From contig CP170459.1 of NCBI GenBank assembly GCA_047947115.1, positions 3,040,001 through 3,104,000 of the forward strand: a DNA stretch of 64,000 nt, given 5' to 3'. The translations under genes and the position numbers were made by a program. The notes below the pieces were generated by a model. It was not told the DNA's origin and searched no databases. It worked only from the letters and a program-made list of their open reading frames with translations. This stretch comes from Verrucomicrobiota bacterium (lineage in GTDB: Bacteria; Verrucomicrobiota; Verrucomicrobiia; Limisphaerales; AAA164-E04). Below, one piece after another: positions 30,222-40,244 of this stretch. How positions within the stretch are numbered: the stretch's first letter is position 1; each line of letters starts with the position of its first letter.

Positions 30222-30257
30222 AAAAAAAAGCGCCGCTCGACTGGCATCGAGCGACGC
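30222..30257 (-). terminator. Intrinsic terminator after HtrA gene
   Basis: GCGCCGCTCGA/TCGAGCGACGC stem next to A8 (U-tract on minus strand). Confidence 0.8.
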
Positions 30258-30286
30258 GGGTCAAGAATGCGCCGGCCTTGGGGAGG

Positions 30287-31825
30287 CTACAGGTCGCGAT
30301 CCTTGAGAATCACAAAACCGCGATGACCTTCGGCATTACGGTAAGAGACGACCATTCCCTTGCTGAGGTCGGCGTCGCGGTAAATTTCGGCAAAATCAAA
30401 GGGACTTCGGACCGGTTTGAAATTGACTTCGGTGATGATGGTTCCGGGCAGCAGGATTTGGTTGTCCGCCAGGCTTCCTTTTTCCACTTCCCACACCATC
30501 AGGCCCTCGGCGAGGTCGACCCCGAACATTTTGGCGCCGGATTCGTCGGCTTCCCTGAGCTTGAGCCCCAACGGGAGGTTTTGCGATTCCCGGGGTTCGT
30601 TGGCGGTGATGGCTGCGACGGGGGGGCGGGTCCATTCGCGCGGCTTGATGACCACCTGCAATCGTTCGTCGTTCCGTACCACGTCCAGTACGAGTGGTTT
30701 TCCAATACTTTGCGAACGAACCTGGTTCTTGAGTTGTTGAGCGCTGGCTACGGCTTTGCCGCCGACGGCAATGATGATGTCGGCTGGTCGCAAGGTTGAT
30801 TCGGCAGCTGCGCTTCCGGCTTGCACGGAGGAGACGATCACTCCCTGGGATACGGAGGTCACCAGATCGTTCAGTTCATAGTTTTCGATCAATGTTTGGA
30901 TGCCGATTCCCAGCAAAGCTCGTTTGAATGTGCCGGTTTCGATGAGTTGATGGCCGATTTCCATGGCCATGTTGATGGGGATGGCGAACCCGATGCCTGT
31001 GTTGAGTCCGCGAATCATGGTGTTGATGCCAATGGCTTCCCCCCGGATATTGACCAGCGGGCCACCTGAGTTGCCGGGATTGATGTCAGCGTCGGTTTGA
31101 ATGAAATCGTGATCCAGATTGCTGGACATGGCGACGGCGGATCGTCCCTTTGCGCTGACGTGACCGTAGGTGACGCTGTATTCGAGTTCGAATGGTGCTC
31201 CGATGGCGATGGCGAACTCGCCGACTTTAACTGCATCGGAGTCCCCGATCTTGATGGGGATCAAAAGAGATTCGGGTGCATCCACAAGTTGGATAACGGC
31301 GACATCGGATTGAGAATCGTAGCCCTTGACCAGTGCCTTGAAGATGCGGCCATTCATCAGGCGCACCCGGATCCGGCTGGCTGCTTCGATGACGTGGTAG
31401 TTGGTCAGGATGTAGCCTTCCTTGGAAAGTATCATGCCAGAACCTTTTCCATCGAAACGATCCCGAGGCCGCTCCGATTCGGAAGAGTCATTCCGCTCTT
31501 CCTCCTGGCCCTCGGGAGCGGGGCTTTGGTTGCGGAAAAACTCTTCCCATCGACGGCGCTGTTCCTCCGGCAAGTTGTCCAGTTCCGGATGGTTTTCAGG
31601 ACTCAGCAGGCCTGTTGCTGGTTTGACAGGATGAGCCACCTCCACCACGACCACGGATGGCGCCACCTTGTCGGCAACTTCAATAAACGCCTTGTTGAGC
31701 TTCTGTGCCCAACTTAATACATCAGACACCGACTCATCGGAACCGTCCGCATGCACGTGCCATGTCAGGGTGCTCCAGCAGATCCCGGTCAACAAAATGG
31801 TTTGTATGGTTATCCAGCGCTTCAT
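30287..31825 (-). CDS. HtrA/DegP-family serine protease with two PDZ domains
   Basis: Signal peptide; GSG, TNYHV, SDVAV, DADINPGNSGGPL; two PDZ-like regions. Confidence 0.95.
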   Translation of the reverse strand: MKRWITIQTILLTGICWSTLTWHVHADGSDESVSDVLSWAQKLNKAFIEVADKVAPSVVVVEVAHPVKPATGLLSPENHPELDNLPEEQRRRWEEFFRNQSPAPEGQEEERNDSSESERPRDRFDGKGSGMILSKEGYILTNYHVIEAASRIRVRLMNGRIFKALVKGYDSQSDVAVIQLVDAPESLLIPIKIGDSDAVKVGEFAIAIGAPFELEYSVTYGHVSAKGRSAVAMSSNLDHDFIQTDADINPGNSGGPLVNIRGEAIGINTMIRGLNTGIGFAIPINMAMEIGHQLIETGTFKRALLGIGIQTLIENYELNDLVTSVSQGVIVSSVQAGSAAAESTLRPADIIIAVGGKAVASAQQLKNQVRSQSIGKPLVLDVVRNDERLQVVIKPREWTRPPVAAITANEPRESQNLPLGLKLREADESGAKMFGVDLAEGLMVWEVEKGSLADNQILLPGTIITEVNFKPVRSPFDFAEIYRDADLSKGMVVSYRNAEGHRGFVILKDRDL

Positions 31826-31928
31826 GGATGAATTACATCACGAACCTTTGGAACGCGACAATCGGAAAATGTTCAAACTTTCTTTGCATTGTCACTTGCT
31901 TCCGGTTGGGGTATAGATGTCGTGTCCC

Positions 31929-33404
31929 ATGCAAAACCGATCTCACATATCCAGGCGCGATTTTCTTTGGCAATCCGGAGGCGGGTTGGGGGGGATAGCC
32001 CTGGCCGCCCTCCTGAAAGGAGACGGGTTGTTGGCCGGAACCGGAACGAATCCTGGTCCGGAAACCTTCATGCGCTTTCGTCCCCGCGCCAAACGTGTCA
32101 TTCAGTTGTTCATGGCAGGCGCAGCGAGTCATGTGGATACATTTGATTATAAGCCTTTGTTGATCAGGAAGGATGGGCAGCCCTGGGATCCGGGTGAATC
32201 GGTGGAATTGTTTCAAAGCAAACCAGGCAGCACGTTCGCCGCGCCGTGGAATTGGCGGGCATTTGGCCAAACCGGAAAACGCCTGAGCGACATCGTTGCC
32301 CCTCTGGGAAGTTGTGTGGATGACATGGCATTCATTCACAATCTGGTGGGCAAAACCGGAGTGCACAGTCAGGCGACCTATCTGCAGTCTACCGGATTTC
32401 AACGCCCCGGATTTCCGGGGATGGGGGCCTGGATCAGTTATGGGCTGGGGAGTTTGAATGAAAATCTGCCGGCTTTTGTGGTTTTGCCTGATCACCGAGG
32501 TTACGCCTCCAATGGGCCAAAGAACTGGGATGCTGCATTTTTGCCAACACACCATCAAGGGACCGAAATTTTTCCAAATCGTGAAAATCCCATCAACGAT
32601 TTGTTTCCGGCGAAGAACGGTTACATCACCTCAAACAGCGAAAAGGACGGACTCGCCTTATTGCAGGCAGCCAATCGAGAGCATCAAAAGGAACGGGAAG
32701 GGGACGAACGATTGGAAGCAAGGATTCGGGCTTACGAGTTGGCGGCGCGCATGCAGCTAAGTGCTCCGGAAGCCATGGACATATCGAAGGAGCCGGAATA
32801 TATCCGAAAGATGTACGGGCTGGAACATGGCTTGCAAACCTTCCCCACCGAGATCAACGATGTCGAAGAAACCGACCATTGGGGGCGGAAATGTCTGGTG
32901 GCTCGACGGCTGCTGGAGCGGGGGGTGCGTTTTGTGCAGATTTGGTCGGGTAATGACAATGGTTTTCCGCGTCGTAATTGGGATTCACACGAGGATATTC
33001 ACCGTGACCACGGACCTTTGGCTTTGGGAATGGCGCGCGGTACAGCCGCCTTGATCCAGGATTTGAAACAGCGTGGTATGCTGGAGGACACTCTTATTCT
33101 CTGGACCACCGAGTTTGGACGCATGCCATGCGCACAGGGTGGTAAAGGACGGGATCATAATCCGTTCTGTTTCACCAACTGGCTATGTGGTGGAGGTATC
33201 AAAGGTGGCACGACTTTCGGGGAAAGTGACGAGTGGGGTTTCAAGCCTGCTGATCGCAATCATCCCACCACGGTCTATGACATTCATGCCACCATGCTTC
33301 ACCTTCTTGGCATCGATCACGAAAAAATGACTTTCCGACACAACGGTCTGGACCGGCGGTTGACCGATGTGCACGGGGAAGTGATTCGGCCCTTGTTGGG
33401 GTAA
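31929..33404 (+). CDS. DUF1501 family protein (Tat signal)
   Basis: SRRDFL; RAKRVIQLFMAG, SHVDTFDYKP, LERGVRFVQ, WDSH, EFGR.P, GRDH, RLTDVHG. Confidence 0.95.
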   Translation: MQNRSHISRRDFLWQSGGGLGGIALAALLKGDGLLAGTGTNPGPETFMRFRPRAKRVIQLFMAGAASHVDTFDYKPLLIRKDGQPWDPGESVELFQSKPGSTFAAPWNWRAFGQTGKRLSDIVAPLGSCVDDMAFIHNLVGKTGVHSQATYLQSTGFQRPGFPGMGAWISYGLGSLNENLPAFVVLPDHRGYASNGPKNWDAAFLPTHHQGTEIFPNRENPINDLFPAKNGYITSNSEKDGLALLQAANREHQKEREGDERLEARIRAYELAARMQLSAPEAMDISKEPEYIRKMYGLEHGLQTFPTEINDVEETDHWGRKCLVARRLLERGVRFVQIWSGNDNGFPRRNWDSHEDIHRDHGPLALGMARGTAALIQDLKQRGMLEDTLILWTTEFGRMPCAQGGKGRDHNPFCFTNWLCGGGIKGGTTFGESDEWGFKPADRNHPTTVYDIHATMLHLLGIDHEKMTFRHNGLDRRLTDVHGEVIRPLLG

Positions 33405-33423
33405 CCTTTCGCCGTTTTATTTG

Positions 33424-33459
33424 TCACGCCCGCTTCGCTGGAGACGCGGTGGCGCAGGG
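33424..33459 (+). repeat. Dispersed repeat family B, copy 2
   Basis: 16-bp identity plus flanking similarity to 20883-20918. Confidence 0.7.
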
Positions 33460-33489
33460 GCGGGGTATCTTTAGGATGAGCTCAGTCAA

Positions 33490-34272
33490 TCAATGAGTGA
33501 AGTCGCGTCGATCTTTTAACGCGGGGAAGGTTTGCCGCCATTCATCGACTATTTGCATATTGATTTCGCTTTCGATGACACATTCTTCTGCATCTGCTTT
33601 CGCAATGGTGGCCCCATGGGGATCCATGATGGCGCTGGCGCCGTCGTAGCCCAGGTAGGGATCCGACCCGCATCGGTTTAAACCGACGACATAAGCCAGG
33701 TTTTCAATCGCGCGTGCTTCGAGCAGGCGTGACCAGTGCATGGTTCGTTTGTTGGGCCAGTTGGCGATGACGATGAATGCATGGGGAGCTTGTTCCCTCA
33801 GCATGGCTTTGCGGAAAATTTCGGGAAAACGCAGGTCATAGCAGATAAAAGGACAAATCCTCAACCCACCGGGCAGTTCAAAACATTGAATGCTCTCACC
33901 GGCAGCGTAGTGCTCGCCTTCTTTGCCCATGGAGAAAGGATGAATTTTCTGATAACTTCCGGCGATCTCACCATCAGGAGTCAGCAGCATGGCTTCATTG
34001 GTTGGTTTACCGGATGTTTGGGATTGAGTCAGACCTGCCAGTACGTGGCATTTAGTTTCACTCGCCCATTTCCTGAGGAATGCGTTGGTAGGACCATCCG
34101 GCTGCTCCTGGGTCAGGGGGGCATTCATGGAAAAACCGGTTGCAAACATTTCGGGAAGCACCAGAAGGCTGCCCTCAACTGGTGAGGTTTGGTCGGTTAA
34201 TTGCTCAATTTTTCGGAAGTTGGCTTCCTTGTCTTCCCAAAGGATGTCTGTTTGAAATGCGTAGGTTTTCAT
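33490..34272 (-). CDS. Carbon-nitrogen hydrolase, omega-amidase (YafV/MtnU-like)
   Basis: LPEMFATGF, Y.KIHPF, ICYDLRFPE, ANWP, ARAIEN (Glu-Lys-Cys triad). Confidence 0.92.
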   Translation of the reverse strand: MKTYAFQTDILWEDKEANFRKIEQLTDQTSPVEGSLLVLPEMFATGFSMNAPLTQEQPDGPTNAFLRKWASETKCHVLAGLTQSQTSGKPTNEAMLLTPDGEIAGSYQKIHPFSMGKEGEHYAAGESIQCFELPGGLRICPFICYDLRFPEIFRKAMLREQAPHAFIVIANWPNKRTMHWSRLLEARAIENLAYVVGLNRCGSDPYLGYDGASAIMDPHGATIAKADAEECVIESEINMQIVDEWRQTFPALKDRRDFTH

Positions 34273-34280
34273 TTGATTTA

Positions 34281-35462
34281 TCACATGCCTTCATCTCTGA
34301 GTTTTTTCAAACCCTTCAGCAATCGTTCGACCGCCTCATTGGCCGTCTCCTCTTTTAATGCTCCAAACGCTATGCGCAGATAACATCCATCATTCAGACC
34401 GAATGCTGTTCCGGGAATGATCGCCACTTGGTGTTCCCTGATCAATTTTTCCACGACGTGGAGCGGTTCCGCATCCATGTCCAGTTCGATCAGGATATAG
34501 AACGCTCCTTTTGCCGGAATGATGCGTACGAAAGGTGTCAGGTCTTCCAGTCCGTCCAGCAGATGGCGGCGTACGTGGTTCATGGACGGAAGATGTTGGG
34601 TGCAGTAGGATTTGCCGGCTGCCAGGGCCGAGACCGCCGCAAATTGGGAGATGGCCGGGGCACAGATCAGATTGGTGTCCTGAATCTTTTTAACCGAAGG
34701 CATCAAATCAGCCGGCATGACCATGTAACCAATCCGCCAACTTGCGAATCCAAAGGCCTTTGAAAGCGAGAACAACGAAAAAGTATGACCCTCACTGCCA
34801 GGCAGGCTTCCCGGAGAAAAATGAATGGCATCATCGAAGAGGAAATACTCGTATGCCTCGTCCGAAATATGGTAGATGCCGCGTTCTTTGCAGAGGTGGT
34901 TGATCTCGGTAAGAAGTGATTCCGGGAAAACCATGCCGCTTGGATTGTTTGGGGAAATGGTGACAACGGCGCGTGTTTTTGGCGTAATGGCTGCTTCGAT
35001 GCCTGAAAGAGTGGGCAACATCCGGGTGTCCGGCTCGATGCCCTTCGGGACGGCTCCCAGCATGGTGATGGCCATCTCATGGTTGAAATAATAGGGCTTG
35101 GGCAGAATGATCTCATCTCCGAAATCCGCAATGGCCATAATGGCGTTCATGAAAGCCATATTGCTGCCGGCAGTGATCATGAGTCGATCTGCTGGATTGA
35201 TCCGGATCTTGTTGTCGCTTTGAAGCTTGTCCCTTACAGCGGACAACAATTCCGGTATCCCTTGAACCAATTTGTATTTGTGATGAACTGGATCGGATTG
35301 AAATGTCTTGATGCCTTGCTGAACTTCAGGCGGCGGAGGGTAATGCACCACTCCCTGGCCAAGAGAAATGGTGCCAGGATGTGCTGCCACCCACTCTCCC
35401 ACGATGGGGATGACCGGTGATTGAACTTCTTTGATACGATTGGCAATTGGAAACGACATCAT
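34281..35462 (-). CDS. PLP-dependent aminotransferase class I/II
   Basis: ISLGQG, SPNNPSG, SDEAY, SLSKAFG..SWRIGY. Confidence 0.95.
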   Translation of the reverse strand: MMSFPIANRIKEVQSPVIPIVGEWVAAHPGTISLGQGVVHYPPPPEVQQGIKTFQSDPVHHKYKLVQGIPELLSAVRDKLQSDNKIRINPADRLMITAGSNMAFMNAIMAIADFGDEIILPKPYYFNHEMAITMLGAVPKGIEPDTRMLPTLSGIEAAITPKTRAVVTISPNNPSGMVFPESLLTEINHLCKERGIYHISDEAYEYFLFDDAIHFSPGSLPGSEGHTFSLFSLSKAFGFASWRIGYMVMPADLMPSVKKIQDTNLICAPAISQFAAVSALAAGKSYCTQHLPSMNHVRRHLLDGLEDLTPFVRIIPAKGAFYILIELDMDAEPLHVVEKLIREHQVAIIPGTAFGLNDGCYLRIAFGALKEETANEAVERLLKGLKKLRDEGM

Positions 35463-35708
35463 GTCATGACTCTAGGGAGCATGTCCCCATTTGAATTGAA
35501 TCCATCATCCAGATTTGCCCAAGGGAAGGCAAGGAAGAGTTGGTCGGGACACCCTATCGAGCCCTGCCATCGCAACGGTCTTAAATTGTCCGTTTTGTGA
35601 TTTGCGTCAGATATTTCGAAGCAAGCAGTCATCGCAGGCCCCGCTTTCGTGTGGCAGGAGCCAGCTCCGGGATCCTGTCAAACCCGGCTACCTGCTGATG
35701 GGCCGGAA

Positions 35709-36587
35709 TCAAGCGGTTATCCTGTTCGATCTGGTCAGGAACGCGGCTCTATCCCTGTTTGTCTTGCGTGCCTCATTCAAATGCTTATCGAGGAGATCCA
35801 GAAAATAGGCGACATCCAAAGGCTTTGATAAATAACCAAGCGCTCCCAATGCGATTAATCCCTCGCGTTTTTTAATCATGACATCGGCTGTCAGAATGTA
35901 GACCGGTATGTCTCGGCTAACATCGTTTCGCTTTAGCTGCATGAGGACTTCTTCACCATTGATGTCGGGAAGATTGAGATCCAGAATAATGAGGTCGGGG
36001 TGTTGAGTCTTTGCCATGGTTACCCCTTCTTGCCCCATGGCTGCGGAGATGCAATCGATACTCGGGCGGAGTGCTATGATTTCCCGGAGCAGGAGCAGAT
36101 TGTCCCTGTTGTCTTCCACGTAGAGCACTTTGAATTCCCGTTTTTTTTGGTTCGTTTCTGTGTCCTTTTCCTCGCTATGATACTCCAGTTGCTTCTTTGC
36201 CTGTTCCTTGATATTCTCGGTCGGATTCAATTCCACTGAAAAAACCGAACCCTCTCCCTCTTCAAAGGAGCCCGCACGTTAGTCGTTCACTGTCGACGCG
36301 AAGGAGTAGATGGCGGGAAGAAACACTTCCTCATTCTCTTTCCTGAACATGGCAGGATCGTGTGAGCCTGCCATACGGATGTGCTCAAGCCATTCATCTT
36401 TGAATGTTAAAAAACCATCCTTCAGGTTTTTCAGTATGGCTAATTCTTTCTCTTCTAGACCAACTTCTTCTTCTCGCTCGGTTGAATCCTCGATATAATT
36501 GTAAGATTTAATTGCAAAAATCCCGGTCGCAGCCGGCAAAAGGCACATGCTGAGAAAAGTGGCGAATAATTTACGGCGAATGGTCAT
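35709..36587 (-). pseudogene. Hybrid sensor histidine kinase with internal deletion; receiver domain (35709-36236) still open
   Basis: Sensor-type N-terminus (MTIRRKL+TM), TAA at 36279-36281, then in the same frame EEGEGSVFSVEL (last HATPase strands) and a full receiver (VLYVEDN, DLIILDLNLPDING, LTAD, YLSKP). Confidence 0.75.
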
Positions 36588-36719
36588 ATTACCGTATGAT
36601 TTGCTGAATTCTTCCATGAGAACTTCATCGCATTTAACCTTAGCGAGCGATTTGCAGTATAGGCTTTACAGGCGCTTGGAGAATTTATTTCAAATTCATG
36701 ACAATGTTCGATTGATTGC

Positions 36720-38354
36720 CTATGAATTCCTTCTTCTGCGTAGAGTGTCGAGGATCAGGCAGATGGAGAATAGGCAGCATACCATGCCAAAATAGTGGCC
36801 TCCTTGGCGGTAAACCGTTCTAGGCATCGTCCAGCCCAACGGGATTCGAAATGTTTTAAATCCCTTGCCGTAGATTTCCGTCTCGTCGCTTATGGATTCA
36901 ACCCCTTGCAGATGCCCTGCCGGATCAATCCAACAGGTCAAACCGTTGTTCCCACACCGGATCATCGGGAGACCGTTTTCAATGCAGCGAAAGGCTGCCA
37001 GTGAGCCGTGCTGCAACTGGGCTGCGCTGTTCTTGAACCAACCATCATTGGTGAGGTTGATTAATAGGTCTGTCTTTTTTTCGCCGGATGCCCGGGCCAG
37101 ATAAGGCATGACATCTTCGAAGCAGATAAGTGGGTAAAGTCTGGTTTCCGGTTTATTTAACTCGAACCACCGGGGAGCCGATCCGGGAGTGAAAAGGCTT
37201 TGGATGGGTGTCAGCATTTTCAGGAACGGGAACAGATCCGCCAAGGGGACATATTCCCCAAAAATCACCAGGTGCCGTTTGTGGTACGTTCCCTGAACTT
37301 TTCCAGCAGGATCCATGAGAAATGCCGTGTTGTAGAAAACCGGATGGTCTGTTTGGAGTGTTTTCTCTTCGGCGTCGGTTCCATTGAAGCACAACCAGAC
37401 TTCATATTTTGCCAACAAATCCCATACCGGGGCAAAGGAATCTATGTTGCCGGGGAATGCACCTTCGGGCCAGACGAGCAGATCAGGATCCGTTTGAACC
37501 GCTGCTTCGGACAATCTCAGCAGTTCCTCAAATCTGGTTTGATCTTCAGCATCATCCCAAATCAAGTCTTGCGGAAACGCCGGCTGAATCACAGCCACTT
37601 TCAATGTGTTTGCGGGTTTGGATGCCTCGATGCTGCCTACTCTCAACAAGCCAACATACGCCAGCAACAGGACTGCAATGACGGGAAGTATCATGTCGGG
37701 GATCCATTTCCATGGTTGGGGACGTTTCCAGTCAATCCGACTCAAGCCCACAACAGCCGCTATGGAAACCCATGCGATGAGGGTTGAAATAAACGGGATG
37801 CCTCCATAAGCCGCCCCTTGCGCAATGGGCGTCCATGGAAGTTGGGTGGCTCCCAGCAAGAGCCATGGGAATCCTGTCAGGAAATGGGATACAAAACATT
37901 CCAGACCACCCCATAGGACGGCTCCTCCCAAGGCAAACCGAAGCCCTCCCAGCAGCGTCAACTGTCGAATGCCAAAGATAGGATAGGGGGATTGCTCTGG
38001 TGGGGATGGTTCACCCAGGCGTTTGGCATATTTCCACATGATCCACGTCCATGCGGCGGGAAACAGGCCAAGATAAGCCGTCAAAGACAACCAGGCGGCC
38101 ACGGCGCCCGGGGGGTAGGGCATGTTCAACAGCCAGTAGAGGGTGGCTGCAGCATGTATCCAGGAGGTAAGGTAGCTCCATCCAAACGCGGCCTTTGACC
38201 GCGTGGTCAGGCCAAGAGCCAACAAGCCTCCGGGAGCCAGCCAGGCGAACCCGCTCATGCCCCACTTCGGATACGCCAACGCCCAAAGAATTCCCAGAGC
38301 GAAAGCGGCAACAAGGCGCAGCAAACAAGTCTTTCCGTTGGCGTTCGGCAACAT
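36720..38354 (-). CDS. lnt: Apolipoprotein N-acyltransferase
   Basis: Multi-TM, GFPW, VWPEG, KRHLVIFGEYVP, LICFED, NLTNDGWF, R.IENG. Confidence 0.95.
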   Translation of the reverse strand: MLPNANGKTCLLRLVAAFALGILWALAYPKWGMSGFAWLAPGGLLALGLTTRSKAAFGWSYLTSWIHAAATLYWLLNMPYPPGAVAAWLSLTAYLGLFPAAWTWIMWKYAKRLGEPSPPEQSPYPIFGIRQLTLLGGLRFALGGAVLWGGLECFVSHFLTGFPWLLLGATQLPWTPIAQGAAYGGIPFISTLIAWVSIAAVVGLSRIDWKRPQPWKWIPDMILPVIAVLLLAYVGLLRVGSIEASKPANTLKVAVIQPAFPQDLIWDDAEDQTRFEELLRLSEAAVQTDPDLLVWPEGAFPGNIDSFAPVWDLLAKYEVWLCFNGTDAEEKTLQTDHPVFYNTAFLMDPAGKVQGTYHKRHLVIFGEYVPLADLFPFLKMLTPIQSLFTPGSAPRWFELNKPETRLYPLICFEDVMPYLARASGEKKTDLLINLTNDGWFKNSAAQLQHGSLAAFRCIENGLPMIRCGNNGLTCWIDPAGHLQGVESISDETEIYGKGFKTFRIPLGWTMPRTVYRQGGHYFGMVCCLFSICLILDTLRRRRNS

Positions 38355-38383
38355 GGTGAGGGGTTCCCGAATCGAGTGTTGGA

Positions 38384-39736
38384 TCAGGCTTTTTCCTGAC
38401 GATAGGCTTCTGCGAGCAAGGAAATCGGGTGACGGATTTCCATGCGCAGTCCGCGCTCACGCGCTCCATTCAGGATCTGGAGCAGGCAGCCGGGATTGCC
38501 TGTTGCCAGAATGGATGCTCCGGTTGTTTCCACGTGATCGAGCTTTCTTTGAAGGAGCAGGTCGGCCGTTTCTGGTTGGACGATGTTGTAAATGCCTGCG
38601 CTGCCGCAGCACCAGTTGCTTTCCGGCAGTTCGCATAATTCGACACCCGGAATGGACTGCAGGATTTGACGTGGTTGCGCGGTGATTTTTTGTCCGTGCG
38701 CCAGGTGGCAGGCTTCATGGTAGGTCACCTTGGCTTGGGTCTCGGGAGTGATTTCCGGAACGTCCCAACCGATTACTCCCAGCCATTCGTGGATATCCTT
38801 TACCTTTTGATCCCATTCCCTTGCCTTGGCCGCATAGGCAGGGTCATCCTTTAGAAGTCCCGTATAATGTTTCAAATGGGAACCACAACCTGCGGCATTG
38901 GTGATGATGGCGTCATACTGGTCAGGCGGCAACAGGTCGATCATTTGTCTCGCCATGCCTTGAGCAAGTGTCCACTCACCATTGTGAGCGTGCAGGGAGC
39001 CGCAGCAATTCTGTTCGGGAGGAGTGATGACTTCACAGCCGTTTCTGGCCAACACTTCGGCAGTGTCGAGATTGACATCGCTGAAGATCAAGTCCTGTGC
39101 ACATCCTGTCAAAAGGGCCACTCGATACTTTTTCTCCTTTTTGGGTGGAGTCACCCTGTCCAGCAGTTCGTTGGAAAAACGAGCCTGGATGGTGGGGGTC
39201 ATTTTTTCGAGTTCCCGCAGACGCTTCGGCATGAGTCGCATGATGCCGCTGCCACGTATCAAGGATTGTAATCCGGACTGCTGATACAGGCGGATCAATG
39301 TGCCGAGGAATTGCAGGTTCCGTTGATCACTGAACAGCCAACCGATGGCGAACTGACGGATCAACGTCCGTTTGGGGGATTTGAGAACTTGTTTGGATTC
39401 GACTTCAGCTCGGGCGTGTTCGAAAAGTTCCGCATAATTCACCCCGGCCGGGCAGGCGGTCATGCAGGCCAGGCAGCCGAGGCAATAATACATCTCGTCG
39501 GCAAAACTCTTGGAAACCTCCAACTCGTCGTCCGCGATGGCGCGCATGAGTGAGATGCGGCCGCGTGGGCTGTGCTTTTCCAGTTTGGTCAACTCATAGG
39601 TCGGGCAAGTGGGCAGGCAGAGGCCGCAATGCATGCACTGCTGAACAACCGAGTAATCCAGATCCTTCAGATGTGATCCGGTGCTGGGGAGCGATTGGGC
39701 CGATGGCGATGGCGTGCAGCTGCTTAAATTCGACAT
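38384..39736 (-). CDS. glcF: Glycolate oxidase Fe-S subunit
   Basis: CMHCGLCLPTCPT, SPRGRI, CLGCLACMTACP, two CCG domains. Confidence 0.88.
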   Translation of the reverse strand: MSNLSSCTPSPSAQSLPSTGSHLKDLDYSVVQQCMHCGLCLPTCPTYELTKLEKHSPRGRISLMRAIADDELEVSKSFADEMYYCLGCLACMTACPAGVNYAELFEHARAEVESKQVLKSPKRTLIRQFAIGWLFSDQRNLQFLGTLIRLYQQSGLQSLIRGSGIMRLMPKRLRELEKMTPTIQARFSNELLDRVTPPKKEKKYRVALLTGCAQDLIFSDVNLDTAEVLARNGCEVITPPEQNCCGSLHAHNGEWTLAQGMARQMIDLLPPDQYDAIITNAAGCGSHLKHYTGLLKDDPAYAAKAREWDQKVKDIHEWLGVIGWDVPEITPETQAKVTYHEACHLAHGQKITAQPRQILQSIPGVELCELPESNWCCGSAGIYNIVQPETADLLLQRKLDHVETTGASILATGNPGCLLQILNGARERGLRMEIRHPISLLAEAYRQEKA

Positions 39737-39772
39737 GTTAAATTCAATGGGAAAGGTTTCTTGGTGGGGGCT

Positions 39773-40240
39773 TCACTCATCGAGGGAATTGTTCTCTTCA
39801 TCCCGTTGCAGGAAACCGACGACTTTGAAAAAGAAAAAGAAGGAGATCGACATGAAAAAGACCGCGATGGCCACGCCAATGCCTACTTCCTTGAGTTTCT
39901 GGGGTGAGATGCCTTTCAACGCAAAACCCATGCAACAAAGAACAGCCACCATCATGGTAGCTCCGAAAAAAATGAGTGCTTTTTTGCGACGATTTGGATC
40001 TTGTTGATCCAGGTTCTCATTGAAGATCACCCTGTGAATCCACCAGGTCGCCACAAATCCCGTTACGAAGCAGACAAGAGTCAGGAGTCCGAAATGGAAC
40101 TCCAGAGTGGGGTTGATCTGTTTGAGTGAGGCTGCAAACGCTGTCGAGAGACCGACCGAGAATGAGGAGGCCAGGCCTGCCAGTTTCTCGAAAGAACCCG
40201 TATCGGGTGTTGCTTCCTTGGAAGTGGATAATGCACTCAT
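39773..40240 (-). CDS. Four-TM membrane protein, hypothetical
   Basis: Four hydrophobic helices; packed between glcD and glcF. Confidence 0.7.
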   Translation of the reverse strand: MSALSTSKEATPDTGSFEKLAGLASSFSVGLSTAFAASLKQINPTLEFHFGLLTLVCFVTGFVATWWIHRVIFNENLDQQDPNRRKKALIFFGATMMVAVLCCMGFALKGISPQKLKEVGIGVAIAVFFMSISFFFFFKVVGFLQRDEENNSLDE

Positions 40241-40244
40241 TGTT

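Noticed and set aside
36279..36281. Programmed stop readthrough or recoding at in-frame TAA codons (here and 49446-49448)
   Set aside because: TAA is used as a normal stop throughout the window; pseudogenisation is simpler
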